A program made the translations under genes and the position numbers. Below are positions 46,818-56,121 of a stretch of DNA of 64,000 nt, piece by piece. A model generated the notes under the pieces. The model was not told where the DNA came from, did no database searches, and saw only the letters and a program-made list of their open reading frames with translations. Numbering within the stretch: position 1 is the first letter of the stretch; every line of letters begins with the position of its first letter. Source of the DNA: a virus (taxonomy: Duplodnaviria; Caudoviricetes); the IMG/VR virus record IMGVR_UViG_3300048672_000970, positions 96,001 to 160,000 of that record; one strand, given 5' to 3'.

Positions 46818-47320
46818 AAGTGTTTATTGGGGAATACCCAACGTACATTACGCCATTCACCATCGCTGAATGGATTCTCTTTTGGAAGCATCCTGACCAC
46901 GATGCGGTATTTGAACTCGGGCTGAAGCTTTGCGGTTCTGATGAAAATCGCTCATGGCTGGCCCGACTTTGTAACTGGTATAACAACCGCCAGCAGCGGA
47001 AAATCAAGGTTAGTGTTGACCGCTCGGATTCTTATTCCGCATATCACACCCTGGCGCTCATTATTGCGCCCACGCTTATTCGACTGAAACAGGATAAATT
47101 CGGAAGCCCAGTCACTGATGATGCCGATGCTCCCGAAAATCTCGCTGGTGAAGAACTGATGCACGAGCGGTGGAATTGGATTCTTGACGAAATGATTTGG
47201 GCGTTCACGCAAATTGCAGAACAAGCTGACCCAGAACTTGATGAAATTGAAGCATGGGATGCTCGTGTCAAAAACGGGCAACGTCTATTTGGTAAGTATT
47301 ACCAAAACCTTTGGTGGTAA
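46814..47320 (+). CDS. hypothetical phage protein
   Basis: Clean ORF; WNWILDEMIWAF...GQRLFGKYYQNLWW. Confidence 0.75.
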   Translation: MKVFIGEYPTYITPFTIAEWILFWKHPDHDAVFELGLKLCGSDENRSWLARLCNWYNNRQQRKIKVSVDRSDSYSAYHTLALIIAPTLIRLKQDKFGSPVTDDADAPENLAGEELMHERWNWILDEMIWAFTQIAEQADPELDEIEAWDARVKNGQRLFGKYYQNLWW

Positions 47321-47572
47321 ATGAAAGGAAGAAAAATGAATGAAAATAACCCGATGACCAACTATCTCCGGTTCAAGTCGCAAATTGTCAAGCGACTCGC
47401 CGCCGAATGTGGGCTGCATGTTGATGAACATAACTTGGAAGTGGCTGTTAAGGAACTGGAATTCCTGCTAGACCAACTAGATGACGAACTCTACCATATG
47501 GAGCTGGATGTTTACGAACTCTACCATATGGAGCTGGATGTTGAGCTGGACGCTAGAGCAAACGTCCGTTAA
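47321..47572 (+). CDS. hypothetical protein with an internal 10-aa duplication
   Basis: ELYHMELDV repeated. Confidence 0.6.
   Translation: MKGRKMNENNPMTNYLRFKSQIVKRLAAECGLHVDEHNLEVAVKELEFLLDQLDDELYHMELDVYELYHMELDVELDARANVR
47484..47542 (+). repeat. 29-bp direct repeat with 30-bp period
   Basis: ACGAACTCTACCATATGGAGCTGGATGTT at 47484 and 47514. Confidence 0.95.
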
Positions 47573-47578
47573 CACATT

Positions 47579-47644
47579 TTTACACTCCTGATACACGGCT
47601 CACTTGATGAGCCTAATAAATACAAGATGAATCAGGAGTGTAAA
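47579..47644 (+). promoter_or_regulatory. RBS-sequestering hairpin with a late promoter in the loop
   Basis: Perfect 14-bp IR TTTACACTCCTGAT / ATCAGGAGTGTAAA covering the SD and the A of ATG; TAAATA at 47617-22. Confidence 0.7.
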
Positions 47645-48075
47645 TGAAGCGTTTGATTGCAGGTCTAGCCATTTTTTGCGGGACAGTGTTCGCCACTGTC
47701 CCTATTGTCATTAAACCCGCTGGAGGGCCGATGCAGCCCTCTGACGTGGTTGTTTCTGCGATGCTCAATCGAACACTGGATTACCGGGTGTGTGGCGAGC
47801 CTACGAGAGACAAATTCGGAAACATCCTTCGCAGCCAAGCGGTCTTGAATGCTTTCAAACGAATTCATCCGTGTCCTATTACTGGATTGAGCACGGGTGC
47901 TTGTCCTGGCTGGCAAATCAATCATACCATTCCGTTAGCAAAGGGTGGATGTGATGCAGTCTACAATTTAGACTGGATGCCTGAACAAATCAAAACATGC
48001 ACCGACCCGTGGTGTCGAGATAGGTGGGAACGACTTTATAACGGAGATCCGCACGGTGTCATCAAATTTCAGTGA
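47644..48075 (+). CDS. HNH-like protein with N-terminal signal peptide
   Basis: RSQAVLNAFKRIHPCP.TG...GACPGWQINHTIPLAKGGCD...NLDW. Confidence 0.7.
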   Translation: MKRLIAGLAIFCGTVFATVPIVIKPAGGPMQPSDVVVSAMLNRTLDYRVCGEPTRDKFGNILRSQAVLNAFKRIHPCPITGLSTGACPGWQINHTIPLAKGGCDAVYNLDWMPEQIKTCTDPWCRDRWERLYNGDPHGVIKFQ

Positions 48076-48118
48076 ATACTGTGGTAGAATTGCTCCATCA
48101 TAACTTTTTGGAGTTCTA

Positions 48119-48328
48119 ATGTACTCAAACGATTTTGAAGACCTAATCGAACATGCTTATTGGGTATTTGATGCCCGACGAAATGGATATCCACCCTATA
48201 AAAATGATACGGCTTATTCTGAACGAGATGATTTCAAAATGGCTTTACGAGAAGCTTTGTCGAAGTTGATGGGTCACCCCGGTGATGATGACCCATCTGT
48301 GAAACAATCATCACCATCCACTAACTGA
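48119..48328 (+). CDS. hypothetical protein
   Basis: GGAG RBS; TGGTAGAAT at 48082-90. Confidence 0.65.
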   Translation: MYSNDFEDLIEHAYWVFDARRNGYPPYKNDTAYSERDDFKMALREALSKLMGHPGDDDPSVKQSSPSTN

Positions 48329-48339
48329 AAAGGTAAAAT

Positions 48340-48636
48340 ATGCTTTTTGAAACTCAACTTGCGGCTATTAATAGCGCTCCTATTTTCATGCTCAAATTTT
48401 ATGTGATGCATCCATATGAACCGCAAACAATTGCTTTGCAAAGCCCCACTGTAACTTCTGACGAGCTATATCAATACATTGATGTTCTCAAATCTAAATT
48501 TGAAACCGTTAATGATTCAGTGCGAATTCCAATTCTGAAGGTGAAGCCCGAAATGGATGAGAACTGGCCGAAAATGTTCGATTTTTTCCAGACCTTTGAG
48601 CCACTGGTAGACCCTAAGACGGTGGAAGGGCTATAA
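48340..48636 (+). CDS. hypothetical protein
   Basis: AAGG RBS. Confidence 0.65.
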   Translation: MLFETQLAAINSAPIFMLKFYVMHPYEPQTIALQSPTVTSDELYQYIDVLKSKFETVNDSVRIPILKVKPEMDENWPKMFDFFQTFEPLVDPKTVEGL

Positions 48637-48643
48637 TAAAGTA

Positions 48644-48664
48644 AAAGCGGGCTTGGCCCGCTTT
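48644..48664 (+). terminator. intrinsic terminator
   Basis: AAAGCGGGC-TTG-GCCCGCTTT. Confidence 0.7.
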
Positions 48665-48682
48665 ACGCTTTGAAAGCAGAAC

Positions 48683-49306
48683 ATGAAATACCCTCGCACA
48701 TTTCACCACCCTGAAAGTCCAGGGGTTTCGTCGGATGATAAAGTCATCAAAACCCTGGATGCGTTCATTGGGCAGCAAATTATCATTTCTCTGAAATACG
48801 ATGGCGAAAACACCACTGGTACTAACTCCGTTTGTCATGCTCGCAGTCTAGATTCGGCCAACCATCCATCACGTAATTGGGTTAAGAACTTTCATGGTTC
48901 ATTCAAGCACCTGATTCCTGATGGGTGGCGTATTTGTGGAGAGAACCTTTATGCGACTCATTCCATTCATTACCAAGACCTTGAATCCTATTTCTTTGGG
49001 TTTTCTGTTTGGGATGATAGGAATGTTGCACTAGATTGGGACTCTACACTTTTATGGTTTGAGGAATTTGGTATCACCCCGGTGAAAGAACTTTACCGAG
49101 GCGAGTATAATGATGCAGTGATTACGAACCTCATCAAAAACTTTGACACTAAGCTACATGAAGGTTTTGTCTGTCGAGTTATTGGGGAAATCCCATATGA
49201 GGACTTTAACAAATTGGTCTTCAAGTGGGTCAGGCCAAATCATGTGCAAACGGAAACTCACTGGATGCATTCTGAAATGAAAGTTAACAAACTGAAAGGA
49301 ATATGA
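48683..49306 (+). CDS. RNA ligase family protein
   Basis: KYPRTFH, KYDGENT (KxDG), GENL, EGFVCR, FKWVR. Confidence 0.85.
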   Translation: MKYPRTFHHPESPGVSSDDKVIKTLDAFIGQQIIISLKYDGENTTGTNSVCHARSLDSANHPSRNWVKNFHGSFKHLIPDGWRICGENLYATHSIHYQDLESYFFGFSVWDDRNVALDWDSTLLWFEEFGITPVKELYRGEYNDAVITNLIKNFDTKLHEGFVCRVIGEIPYEDFNKLVFKWVRPNHVQTETHWMHSEMKVNKLKGI

Positions 49307-50322
49307 TGGAACCAGCCAAGTATATCGAACGGGTGGCCGCGACACAATTTTTAACATCATTGTTTAAGTTTATTGCGACGAACAAAAACGCAAAAACGGA
49401 TAAACAGATTGCTGCTGAAACCGCAGTTGATATTAATTTCGTCCAGGCTTTTTTAGAATGTGTTGCTGCCACCGACTATCTGTTACCTGAGTATTCGCCG
49501 TCAGGTAGATTCAAAAGTGTCAAATTTAACATATGGTCTAAAGGTATTTGTTATCTCGGGGCACGGCAAATCATAGTCATGGGAAAAGAGACGTACAGGG
49601 TTCACCCACGTGAGATGATTTATGATTATGAAGGAAAACGGCTCGCCAGTGAACTTCCGGATGTGGCTCGACGTAATGAAGTATTTCTTATCGAATATAC
49701 ATTTACACAAGAAAATTTCATCGATATTTTCACCAAAGAAATGGGGCTGATATTCCCTAACGTTCCTGAAGAAAATGGTTCGATAATTGACGATTTCCGT
49801 GATTACCCATTGGTGAAGGCCGAGTTGAATAAAGTTGAATCACAAATCGAAACACTGAAAAAAGAACTGGAAGATGAGATTAGAGTAAATGTAGAAAACG
49901 AAGAATGGTTTAAGAGAGAAACTAAACTCGCCGAAACTGGTAAACGAACAAAAACTCATTTTGAACTTGTCCAGAATGGGACAAAGAAAGTGGTCACACC
50001 ATATACATCAAAATATTGGTTTGATGATGAGCCATCAACAAGTTATGATGTGACATATGTACCCGATTACAGACGGGAAGCACGGCAAATTCCAGACTTC
50101 CCAACCAAACGCGAACCCATTTTCAAGTGCCAACGCTCGCACCCTAATAAAATCAGCGGTTTGGAGTGTTATGCTAAAGAGCTGCGAGAAAAACGAATGA
50201 TGCATGAACAGCGACTGGTGCAGGATGCTGAATTGAAAACTCAGCTTGAACTGCTGGAAAAACAGAAAATGCAGCTTGATACCAAAATTACCAATTTGAA
50301 ATTGAAACTAAAGGGAAACTAA
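49303..50322 (+). CDS. hypothetical protein with C-terminal coiled coil
   Basis: Long coupled ORF. Confidence 0.75.
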   Translation: MMEPAKYIERVAATQFLTSLFKFIATNKNAKTDKQIAAETAVDINFVQAFLECVAATDYLLPEYSPSGRFKSVKFNIWSKGICYLGARQIIVMGKETYRVHPREMIYDYEGKRLASELPDVARRNEVFLIEYTFTQENFIDIFTKEMGLIFPNVPEENGSIIDDFRDYPLVKAELNKVESQIETLKKELEDEIRVNVENEEWFKRETKLAETGKRTKTHFELVQNGTKKVVTPYTSKYWFDDEPSTSYDVTYVPDYRREARQIPDFPTKREPIFKCQRSHPNKISGLECYAKELREKRMMHEQRLVQDAELKTQLELLEKQKMQLDTKITNLKLKLKGN

Positions 50323-50323
50323 A

Positions 50324-50668
50324 ATGGAATTTGAAGTGCGTGTAAAAACTAAACCGACAGAGTTTAACAGTAATGAACTAGCGGGGCATCCTATTGCAAT
50401 TGACAACCCATCCCTTGAACTAGATTTTCCGTGTGACGAACATAACCGTATTTCCAAGAAACTACTTCAGGATTGGGTTGATGCCCGAACTAAGGGTTTC
50501 ATTAAAAGCATTGAACATGGCAAAGCAGTGATAAAGATTACTGATGAAAAATTTGCTGAAGTGTTTTCACAACTTAGATACTTTCATGGCGAAAATGTAA
50601 TGTCACTAACGGTGCAGCATTTTCATTTTGAGGGTGAAGACCCGTTGACCGTTTGTTTTCTTTTCTGA
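50324..50668 (+). CDS. hypothetical protein
   Basis: ORF. Confidence 0.7.
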   Translation: MEFEVRVKTKPTEFNSNELAGHPIAIDNPSLELDFPCDEHNRISKKLLQDWVDARTKGFIKSIEHGKAVIKITDEKFAEVFSQLRYFHGENVMSLTVQHFHFEGEDPLTVCFLF

Positions 50669-50792
50669 AAGGATAAAAATGGATGTCTACTATAGTGTAA
50701 AAGTTATTTGGCGATAGGCACCTGACATGAATTTTTGGCAACTGTTACACTTTTGTTAACACACATGACCCGCCATGTGTTAAAATTCACCC

Positions 50793-50984
50793 ATGAACAA
50801 ACATCTCAAGATTGAACGCCGTATCCGTGAACACACTGACCACTATGGGAAAGCCGGAGAAGTGGAGTGGTTCGTTGTGGACTTAAGTGTCCCTGATTGT
50901 CCGCAGGTCGTTGATGTGTTCAGAAAACGATATCTTGCAAAAGAGCTGATTGACTATCTCAACCGGAGCCTTCCATGCACTTGA
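50793..50984 (+). CDS. hypothetical protein
   Basis: ORF; TGTTAAAAT at 50778-86. Confidence 0.6.
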   Translation: MNKHLKIERRIREHTDHYGKAGEVEWFVVDLSVPDCPQVVDVFRKRYLAKELIDYLNRSLPCT

Positions 50985-51241
50985 ACCTTCAAACCTTTAT
51001 TGACGAATACGGTCTTCCCAATCTGCGAGTGCAGTATTGGGAGAAGTACGTTCAGCGGGGCTACTTCAATGAGAAGGTTCCGGTTCAATTCTTCACCGAA
51101 GGTGGGTCGGCATCTGAACTGCGCATGTTCAATTCCACGGCCATTCCGAGTATTCAGGCAGATATCGATGCTGCCATCGCTCGCATCGTGGTGGTTTCGG
51201 GAGTTGGTGAGGAAATCTGGTTTACTGTTCTGAAAGGGTGA
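50975..51241 (+). CDS. hypothetical protein
   Basis: GGAG RBS. Confidence 0.65.
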   Translation: MHLNLQTFIDEYGLPNLRVQYWEKYVQRGYFNEKVPVQFFTEGGSASELRMFNSTAIPSIQADIDAAIARIVVVSGVGEEIWFTVLKG

Positions 51242-51244
51242 AAA

Positions 51245-52063
51245 ATGAAATTCCAATTTGATTATGATGAAATTTTTGCGTTGAACGCGGGGCTACTGAA
51301 ACTACCGCAAAATCCTGTCAGTGAAAAGCTGCTCAATACACATCCGTTTGTCAAGCAGTTCTATCAGCAAATTCTTGGCAGCAAAAACCCTCAATTGATG
51401 CTTGATCGGCTCGAATCGGCTTACGCACTGTTTGAACCCAGGCAAGAAGAAATCTTGGCAAAAATCAATGCGGTTGATTTTCGACAAGTGCTAGATGATA
51501 TTCTTTCCATGCCGTGTCAGCTAGATGTTGACATCATCGAAGAATGCATCACCAGGGAAATCAAAAAAGGGAAAATTGAACGGGTGCTGGTTGATTATCA
51601 GCAGTTGATGTTTGCCATCTATTACGGATACTCCATTAATTACAATGGAGACGTTTTGGGAAATGCGTATGAGCGAGCGAACATTAACCTTGATACCATC
51701 GTCAGTGAAATTTTTGGCATTTCGGCAGATGAATTTTACCTGCAGTCACGGCGCGTGGGTGTTTATAACTATCTTCGCCAATTCATTCTTGAGTTCGTCA
51801 AACAGCATAAACAATCAGCATTCTTCGATGATTACATTAACGACGAACTTGAAGTAAGTTATGATGGCGGTGCGTCATTGTTGCTTATCACTACGTTAGA
51901 AGAACTGGATTACGAATCTCCAGACGATGTAATTGAATGTCTTGGCATTGGTAATGCTATCTGCTTGGCTCTGTCCTTGGCAGTTGCTAAAGAACTGAAA
52001 CAGCATCCTGATTTTCAACATGCGGAAGAAGTAAAGTTTCTTCTTTGTAACCAGAGGGTATGA
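51245..52063 (+). CDS. hypothetical protein
   Basis: Long ORF. Confidence 0.75.
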   Translation: MKFQFDYDEIFALNAGLLKLPQNPVSEKLLNTHPFVKQFYQQILGSKNPQLMLDRLESAYALFEPRQEEILAKINAVDFRQVLDDILSMPCQLDVDIIEECITREIKKGKIERVLVDYQQLMFAIYYGYSINYNGDVLGNAYERANINLDTIVSEIFGISADEFYLQSRRVGVYNYLRQFILEFVKQHKQSAFFDDYINDELEVSYDGGASLLLITTLEELDYESPDDVIECLGIGNAICLALSLAVAKELKQHPDFQHAEEVKFLLCNQRV

Positions 52064-52284
52064 TGTCCAATCAAGCTTGCGAAAATTGTAAATCGAACAC
52101 CGTCCGTTATTGTGACGGGTTTGTCTACCGAAACTGGTCTGGGAAGTATGCTGGTGACCCGGCGTTACTTCCTAACCCTCCTGATAAAGTAGCTTTCTGG
52201 ACTTACAGTGAATGTAAGAAGAATGCTAAAGGGCTGAAATTTATTAACCTGCACGACAAATGCCAAGGATTTGAGAAAGCTTGA
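52060..52284 (+). CDS. small Cys-containing hypothetical protein
   Basis: CENC...C...C...C. Confidence 0.6.
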   Translation: MMSNQACENCKSNTVRYCDGFVYRNWSGKYAGDPALLPNPPDKVAFWTYSECKKNAKGLKFINLHDKCQGFEKA

Positions 52285-52720
52285 TTACACTTCCAATATC
52301 CGTGGTAGAATTGGTATCATCCAAAGGAGTATCCAAATGACATTAGAAATCCATTTCGGGCAACAAACATATATCCCATCAGCAAAACCCTGTAAAAATT
52401 TCTCGGCCGACAGTGGCAAACATTTGACGTTCAGCCAGTTCAAAAAGGCTTTTAATCCTGGAACAATAAATGTTGTAACATTTGAAAATATTCCGCCAAT
52501 GGCGGCTGATGAGTATCGCCGTTATTATGAAAATTCAGTTTACAGCGTCCGGCTCCACCTAAATGAACGCTACTTGTCATACATCATCCGGAACAACGGT
52601 AAAGACCAAATGAATTTTGCATGGGAATCATCGATTACAGCAGAGTTCTATGATAGGTTTGATTTCATTGATATGGAAAATCACATACCTAGATTTAGTG
52701 AAGCGCGGCGTGAAAAGTGA
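52271..52720 (+). CDS. hypothetical protein
   Basis: ORF; true start probably 52337 (AAGGAG RBS, MTLEIHF). Confidence 0.65.
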   Translation: MRKLDYTSNIRGRIGIIQRSIQMTLEIHFGQQTYIPSAKPCKNFSADSGKHLTFSQFKKAFNPGTINVVTFENIPPMAADEYRRYYENSVYSVRLHLNERYLSYIIRNNGKDQMNFAWESSITAEFYDRFDFIDMENHIPRFSEARREK

Positions 52721-52980
52721 CTGACTGCTTCTTTTCACAGAAACAAACTGCACACCTTCATGATGGGAATTGCTCGCTTTCTCGTTCTGAGCATGCTAGA
52801 TTTTTCCCAAATGTCAATTATAATGAAGCTTATCAACGAGCCAAATCGTTAGTGGGATGCCAATTGCTTTACGCAATGATTGATGGCGTCTTAGTAAAAA
52901 TTGTCTCATCTTCGGTAGACTCTGTTCTCAAGGGTTTACATTTTCAAACCATGCGCGGCGATGTACCCCGAATTTACTAA
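52717..52980 (+). CDS. hypothetical protein
   Basis: GTG start, coupled. Confidence 0.55.
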   Translation: MTDCFFSQKQTAHLHDGNCSLSRSEHARFFPNVNYNEAYQRAKSLVGCQLLYAMIDGVLVKIVSSSVDSVLKGLHFQTMRGDVPRIY

Positions 52981-52992
52981 AGGAAACTAAAC

Positions 52993-53199
52993 ATGGAATT
53001 TTCACCAAACCTCAAAATCGTTCAAATGCGCGGGCCGGTAGACGTTATTACTGTAAACGGTAAAGACCATGCAATTGCCGCTATGGCCTACCCATACAGT
53101 TCTTTTAAGGAAATGGAACCTGAGATTGAAACGTTCTATCTGTGGCAAAACCTACCTGAACGAGAATTGGTTCGGGGTTACATTGTGAAGAAAACGTAA
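52993..53199 (+). CDS. hypothetical protein
   Basis: AAGGA RBS. Confidence 0.65.
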   Translation: MEFSPNLKIVQMRGPVDVITVNGKDHAIAAMAYPYSSFKEMEPEIETFYLWQNLPERELVRGYIVKKT

Positions 53200-53258
53200 A
53201 TTCTATTCCCCATTCTCTCAAAATGAACGGCGGTAAATAATCAAAACGAAAGACATTC

Positions 53259-53885
53259 ATGAGACTTTCATCAATCATTCCCCTTTACGAAATGCCGCAA
53301 ATCGTTGGAGATGTTGATTGGTTTTTGAGCACGGACGAATCCAATGAAAAGCATGCGTTAGGATTAATGAAGAATGCCGATATTGAATTTTTGGAAGACT
53401 ATAACCAATTAAAATTATACCGTCTTAGGAACCAGTTCTTTGCCGTCAATCGAGCCGGCGACCGCATGGCGTACTGGATTAACACCGTTCACAAATATCA
53501 GTCAATGATTAAAGAAACCTGTGTTACTCAAGTTGCCCTTTGGCGAGATTCTGATAACCCACATGCAAAAGATTTGCCGGCGCATGTGTTTTTCAACTAC
53601 CTTCTACCAGAAAATCATAACATCATGATTGATGGGCAACAGACCACCGATGGTAAACGGTTCTGGGTCAATCGGATTGCCGATGCATTTGATAAAGGGT
53701 TACACGTCTATTATGCGAACGTGATGGCACCGAGAGAGTTGATTAAATTAGTGGATAAAGACGATTTCATGAAAAACGCCAAGTCTATTCCAATCTGGGG
53801 AGACAACTATCATTTTCGAGATAAGAAAATCATCATCAGTGACCATTTACTAACGCCCAAACCAGACGTTAAATTTGAAGACTGA
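53259..53885 (+). CDS. hypothetical late protein
   Basis: TAAATA at 53234-39; MRLSSIIPLYE leader. Confidence 0.7.
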   Translation: MRLSSIIPLYEMPQIVGDVDWFLSTDESNEKHALGLMKNADIEFLEDYNQLKLYRLRNQFFAVNRAGDRMAYWINTVHKYQSMIKETCVTQVALWRDSDNPHAKDLPAHVFFNYLLPENHNIMIDGQQTTDGKRFWVNRIADAFDKGLHVYYANVMAPRELIKLVDKDDFMKNAKSIPIWGDNYHFRDKKIIISDHLLTPKPDVKFED

Positions 53886-53887
53886 CC

Positions 53888-53915
53888 AAAGCTCCTTCGG
53901 GAGCTTTTTCTTTTT
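53888..53915 (+). terminator. intrinsic terminator
   Basis: AAAGCTCC-TTCG-GGAGCTTTTTCTTTTT. Confidence 0.85.
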
Positions 53916-53952
53916 GTCCGGTAAATAACTCCATACTCAATAATTTTCCTAC

Positions 53953-56121
53953 ATGTCAATCAAGCACATTGAAGATTTACCGATTACTGACCTAATCCAT
54001 GTTCTAGAAAACATGAAGGATTATGACATCCGTGAAAAGATGGATGGGGCTAACTTAGGATTCGGTATCGATGATTCTAAAAAACTATTCACCAGTCGTG
54101 AGCTGAAAAACAGTCGAGCGAACCGAATTTACAAGGCGACCGACTGGCCGAATACCAATGCTTCCACTCAATTTCAAGCTGCCCATCTAGCCCTTGAACA
54201 GCAATTACCTATCATTCAAGCGGTTTTAGAACCGAACGACCTCATTCAAATCGAGGTGATGTTTTCTAATCAGCCAAATACTGTCAACTATAACAAAGAT
54301 GATAACTCATATATCGTCCTTATCAATACTCTCTTACCTGAAAAAGTTTCTGAGCTGGTTTCAAAACTGAAAACAACTGAGAGTAAAGTGGAGGTATTGG
54401 TTCCAGCATCCTCGGACGGTAAAACCATCACATCCTCTAAAGAAACTTTCACGTTCAAATTCATCGAACCAGTCAAGATTGATAACGGAAAAATCCCTCA
54501 ATCGGTAGTTCAAAAAACTGTAAAGGACTTGAAAGAATTTTTGTCCAAAACAACCGACTCCATTTCTAACGAAACGATTCTGTGCACGCCACTCAACAAA
54601 ATTGATGCTGCCCAGCGAGAGAAAGTGAAACAGATACGCGCTCAAGTTCAGAAGGAAGTTGATGACTCTATCATCCTGCCGTTCAAGAAAGAGCTGTTAG
54701 AGCAATTCATCCATAAGTTACCTTCCGAATTATCAAATGACCAGTTCGGCATTGAAGGGGTGGTTTTAACTAATGGAGATTCAGTTGTCAAAATTGTTGA
54801 CAAGGACTTGTTCACGAAGCGAAACGAATTCAATCAATCGTTCAGAAAGCAGATTTCATCTACTATCAAATCCACTGACCCGAATGCTGAGTTAGAACTG
54901 AAAGGTGGCCTGATTGGTGATTTGAAACTGAAAATGGCTGATTTACTCGGTAACATTGAGTGGGCGCATATATCAAAAGTTGCTGCTGCTATTGAAGATG
55001 TGAAAGGCGAGACGACTGTCAACACTATCAAAAACTTTGCCGAAGAACTAGCTAAACACAATCCTGATTATCAGGGGGTGAGAATCAAAATGTTATCTCT
55101 CATCAAAGCCACTAAAGAAGCTTTGGAAAAGTCATTAGAAGAATTTTCCGGGCAAGAGCATCAGCTCGATGAGTACAAGATGACGGACACGGTGAAGGGT
55201 AGAACGTTGTTAAGCTATGCAGAAGCCGTTAATCGGCTCTCAGAGCTGTACAAACAGGTCGATGCCAGTCACACCTACCAAGACTTCGTAAAAATCCAAT
55301 ACGGGCCGATTGTGAGCCTTCTGCACGGTGTTGAACCTGTTGAAGAAATGAAGGGTTCCAATCAGACGTTAAGTTGGTTCAATCACAAATCCGCTTTTTA
55401 TGTCGTGTCAAGTTATTTGTCCACCTGCCTCATTTCCTGGCTCATCTTCGAGATGAAAGATGGAAATGGATTAGCGATTCTGGACGACAGGCGTTTTCTC
55501 GGTCTGAAGAAATTTAACAGATTGATGTCTCCGTTAAATTTTGCAGGGTATGTTACCACTCAGTATAAAAACAAAGATGTATTCTCGGTGATTGGTAAAG
55601 ATACTGCCAATGATTTGAACAAGATTTTCAAGCGCATTCCGAAACAGTATGTTACTGATTTCCATTTTGATTTTTCTAATCAGATGCGAACGAAAATCAA
55701 GTGGAAGCAGCACGAAACTTACCTGAAAAAGATAATGAAGTTTTCCCATCTCAATCTGGATAGAATTGAAAACTTATTCGAGAGGGTGAAAACGTATAAC
55801 GAACTGTCGGCCGATGAGCAGAAAAAATGTCTACATGATTTGATTTTCTATTCAGCGCAATTTATAAATAAGAGCATTCTGTATAGAAAACTGTTACGAA
55901 TGGAAGGGACTCAGATGAAAAAAGAGGTAGTAGAGGAAAATTTCTCGCTTAAGAAGTTACTCGAAGACGAAGGTGCTGCTAATTCAGTGACAAGCACGAT
56001 GGCAACTTCTGCTGATGTAGCGAAGATTGAACAACCCATCTTCAAAGATGGCAAGAAGATTGTTCGCCGGAGACGAAATCCATCCCTGAAGTTTTACCAA
56101 TTCAAAAAGGACACTAAATGA
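53953..56121 (+). CDS. late protein with ligase-like nucleotidyltransferase domain
   Basis: KHIEDL, REKMDG (KxDG), IEGVVL, VVKIVDK; TAAATA at 53922-27. Confidence 0.6.
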   Translation: MSIKHIEDLPITDLIHVLENMKDYDIREKMDGANLGFGIDDSKKLFTSRELKNSRANRIYKATDWPNTNASTQFQAAHLALEQQLPIIQAVLEPNDLIQIEVMFSNQPNTVNYNKDDNSYIVLINTLLPEKVSELVSKLKTTESKVEVLVPASSDGKTITSSKETFTFKFIEPVKIDNGKIPQSVVQKTVKDLKEFLSKTTDSISNETILCTPLNKIDAAQREKVKQIRAQVQKEVDDSIILPFKKELLEQFIHKLPSELSNDQFGIEGVVLTNGDSVVKIVDKDLFTKRNEFNQSFRKQISSTIKSTDPNAELELKGGLIGDLKLKMADLLGNIEWAHISKVAAAIEDVKGETTVNTIKNFAEELAKHNPDYQGVRIKMLSLIKATKEALEKSLEEFSGQEHQLDEYKMTDTVKGRTLLSYAEAVNRLSELYKQVDASHTYQDFVKIQYGPIVSLLHGVEPVEEMKGSNQTLSWFNHKSAFYVVSSYLSTCLISWLIFEMKDGNGLAILDDRRFLGLKKFNRLMSPLNFAGYVTTQYKNKDVFSVIGKDTANDLNKIFKRIPKQYVTDFHFDFSNQMRTKIKWKQHETYLKKIMKFSHLNLDRIENLFERVKTYNELSADEQKKCLHDLIFYSAQFINKSILYRKLLRMEGTQMKKEVVEENFSLKKLLEDEGAANSVTSTMATSADVAKIEQPIFKDGKKIVRRRRNPSLKFYQFKKDTK

